Shown in pieces: positions 62,406-64,000 of a stretch of 64,000 bases of DNA (position 1 is its first letter; each line of letters starts with the position of its first letter). This stretch comes from Antedon mediterranea (taxonomy: Eukaryota > Animalia > Echinodermata), in contig NC_092673.1 in the NCBI RefSeq assembly GCF_964355755.1, positions 11,132,948 through 11,196,947 on the forward strand, in the 5' to 3' direction. Made by a program: the position numbers and the translations under genes. Below the pieces are notes generated by a model. That model made no database searches. It saw nothing but the letters and a program-made list of their open reading frames with translations, and had not been told where the DNA came from.

Positions 62406-64000
62406 TAGACAGGTTCCATTTCTCAAAAAACGGCCTAGAAAACGAATCAAGAAGCATTTTTGGGTAGAAGCTGGGATCCACTTGATTTAGGATATTTCGA
62501 CCTCGCTGATTACGAATATGGCGGATCCCAAGCGAAATTCGGCCATCTAAGCCCTTAATTTGCATAAATAAAAATGGCGGCCATTTTTAATAATTACCTT
62601 ATATCTCGAGAACCACTAGTCACAGATAATTAATTTTGGTCTCAAAATGTTTTAAATATATGTTTTTATATTCACTTTAATGACACATTTTCTAAAAAAA
62701 TGGATGCAAGTCTTATTTCTGACATTTTGACCTTTGACCTTGATTTATCGTATCTCAGTAACCAATAATCGGAGAGACACGAAATAGGGCTCAAATTGTT
62801 CAGAAACTATACATTCATATTTATTATAATGAAATGTTTTTACAAAAAATGGCCGATTCTACAACTATTGACCTTTGAACTATTAGTCAAATATAATAAT
62901 ATAACTTTGAAAATTGTGGTCTTATGAATTTTTTTTTCTTTTTAAATTGTTTAAAACATGTGTGTTTCTATCCTGTCTAATGGCACATTTTGTACAAGAA
63001 TGGCCGATAGTATGGTTATTGACCTTTAAACTATAGCATAGGCCTACTGTATACTAAATAATATAATTGCATAACTATGAAATTATTTATACACAATAAT
63101 AATTAGTAAAATTATAAAATTCATTGCCATCAAATATTATGTGTTATGATTTATATAGATTTAAAAAAAAATTGAACGCGCAAGTTACATTTGTTGAAAT
63201 TTGAAATTTGAAATTACCTGCCATCAATATGATGGAGTATGATTATAGATTTTTTTAAATGTGAACATGTCAGCTACATTTGGAAATTAACTGCCATCAA
63301 TATGATGGATTATGATTATAGATTTAAAAAAGAATTTGAACACATCAGCTACATTTGGAAATTTGGAAATTACCTGCCATCAATATGATGGATTATGATT
63401 GTATAGAGGCCTACCTGCCATCAATATGATGGATTATGATTATAGATTTAAAAAAGAATTTGAACACGTACTAAGCTACATTTGAAAATTACCTGCCATC
63501 AATATGATGGATTATGATTGTATAGATTTAAAAGAAAATGTGAACACGTAAGCTACATTTGGAATGAACATGTTAAGGGAATCAGTTTAAGATCATTCAT
63601 GCAAAGGTTTCCGTCATCTTTAGCGTTGTTACAGCGGCATAAAGCTGTACATGGTAGTTTTGACTTCTTGCACCTACATCTATTGGTTATGCATCGTGTC
63701 TTGCATCCACAATAAATCATCTCTAACGAAGCAGTAGGAATAGTTTCATTTTTCAGAAGCACTGGTTGAAGTTTACCATTAGATAGCTCCCACCCAAAAT
63801 CTGTTGGTGATGGCAAATGCTGGATTGGCGATACAGCTTTTTTCCATACGAGTGCTTGGAAGTGTGCTCTTTTTATATGTTGGTGCACTGCATCGCTTGT
63901 TGGAGGTAATGCCTCCGGTTTTGTTTTTTTTTTTAAAAGCCTAACTTCATTGGTACTTTTAACTTGACAAACACCGTAAACGTAGCAAATGAATCTTTCC
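62406..64000 (-). mobile_element. third Academ arm (same family), running off the window
   Basis: Starts TAGACAGGTTCC, then is colinear with 58508-60140; ORF 63553-63888 encodes the Cys-rich C-terminus. Confidence 0.85.

Overview
AT-rich, repeat-dense animal genomic DNA. It looks like a marine invertebrate, and the repeat repertoire and 18S fragment are compatible with an echinoderm (inference). Host genes: a complete 4-exon CFAP77 on + (29564-47217, 245 aa) with an RFX X-box and a forkhead site upstream; the first coding exon of a MAP2K7/MKK7-like gene on - (2851-2989); and a candidate terminal exon of an unidentified - strand gene (50673-50779). The rest is mostly nested transposons: three families of Academ-type elements, hAT-type elements with 5- and 6-bp TSDs, Mutator MITEs with 9-bp TSDs, a 9.4-kb foldback element with a 7-bp TSD, Helentron/DINE-like elements, pogo/piggyBac MITEs, a near-intact CR1-group LINE, other LINE and Gypsy remnants, and tRNA-, 5S- and 18S-derived fragments. 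Most striking observation: all three Academ families have bipartite ends in which the spacer between the terminal IR and the inner IR differs by exactly 10 bp between the two end types, reminiscent of the V(D)J 12/23 rule. All assignments were made by eye, with no database searches.
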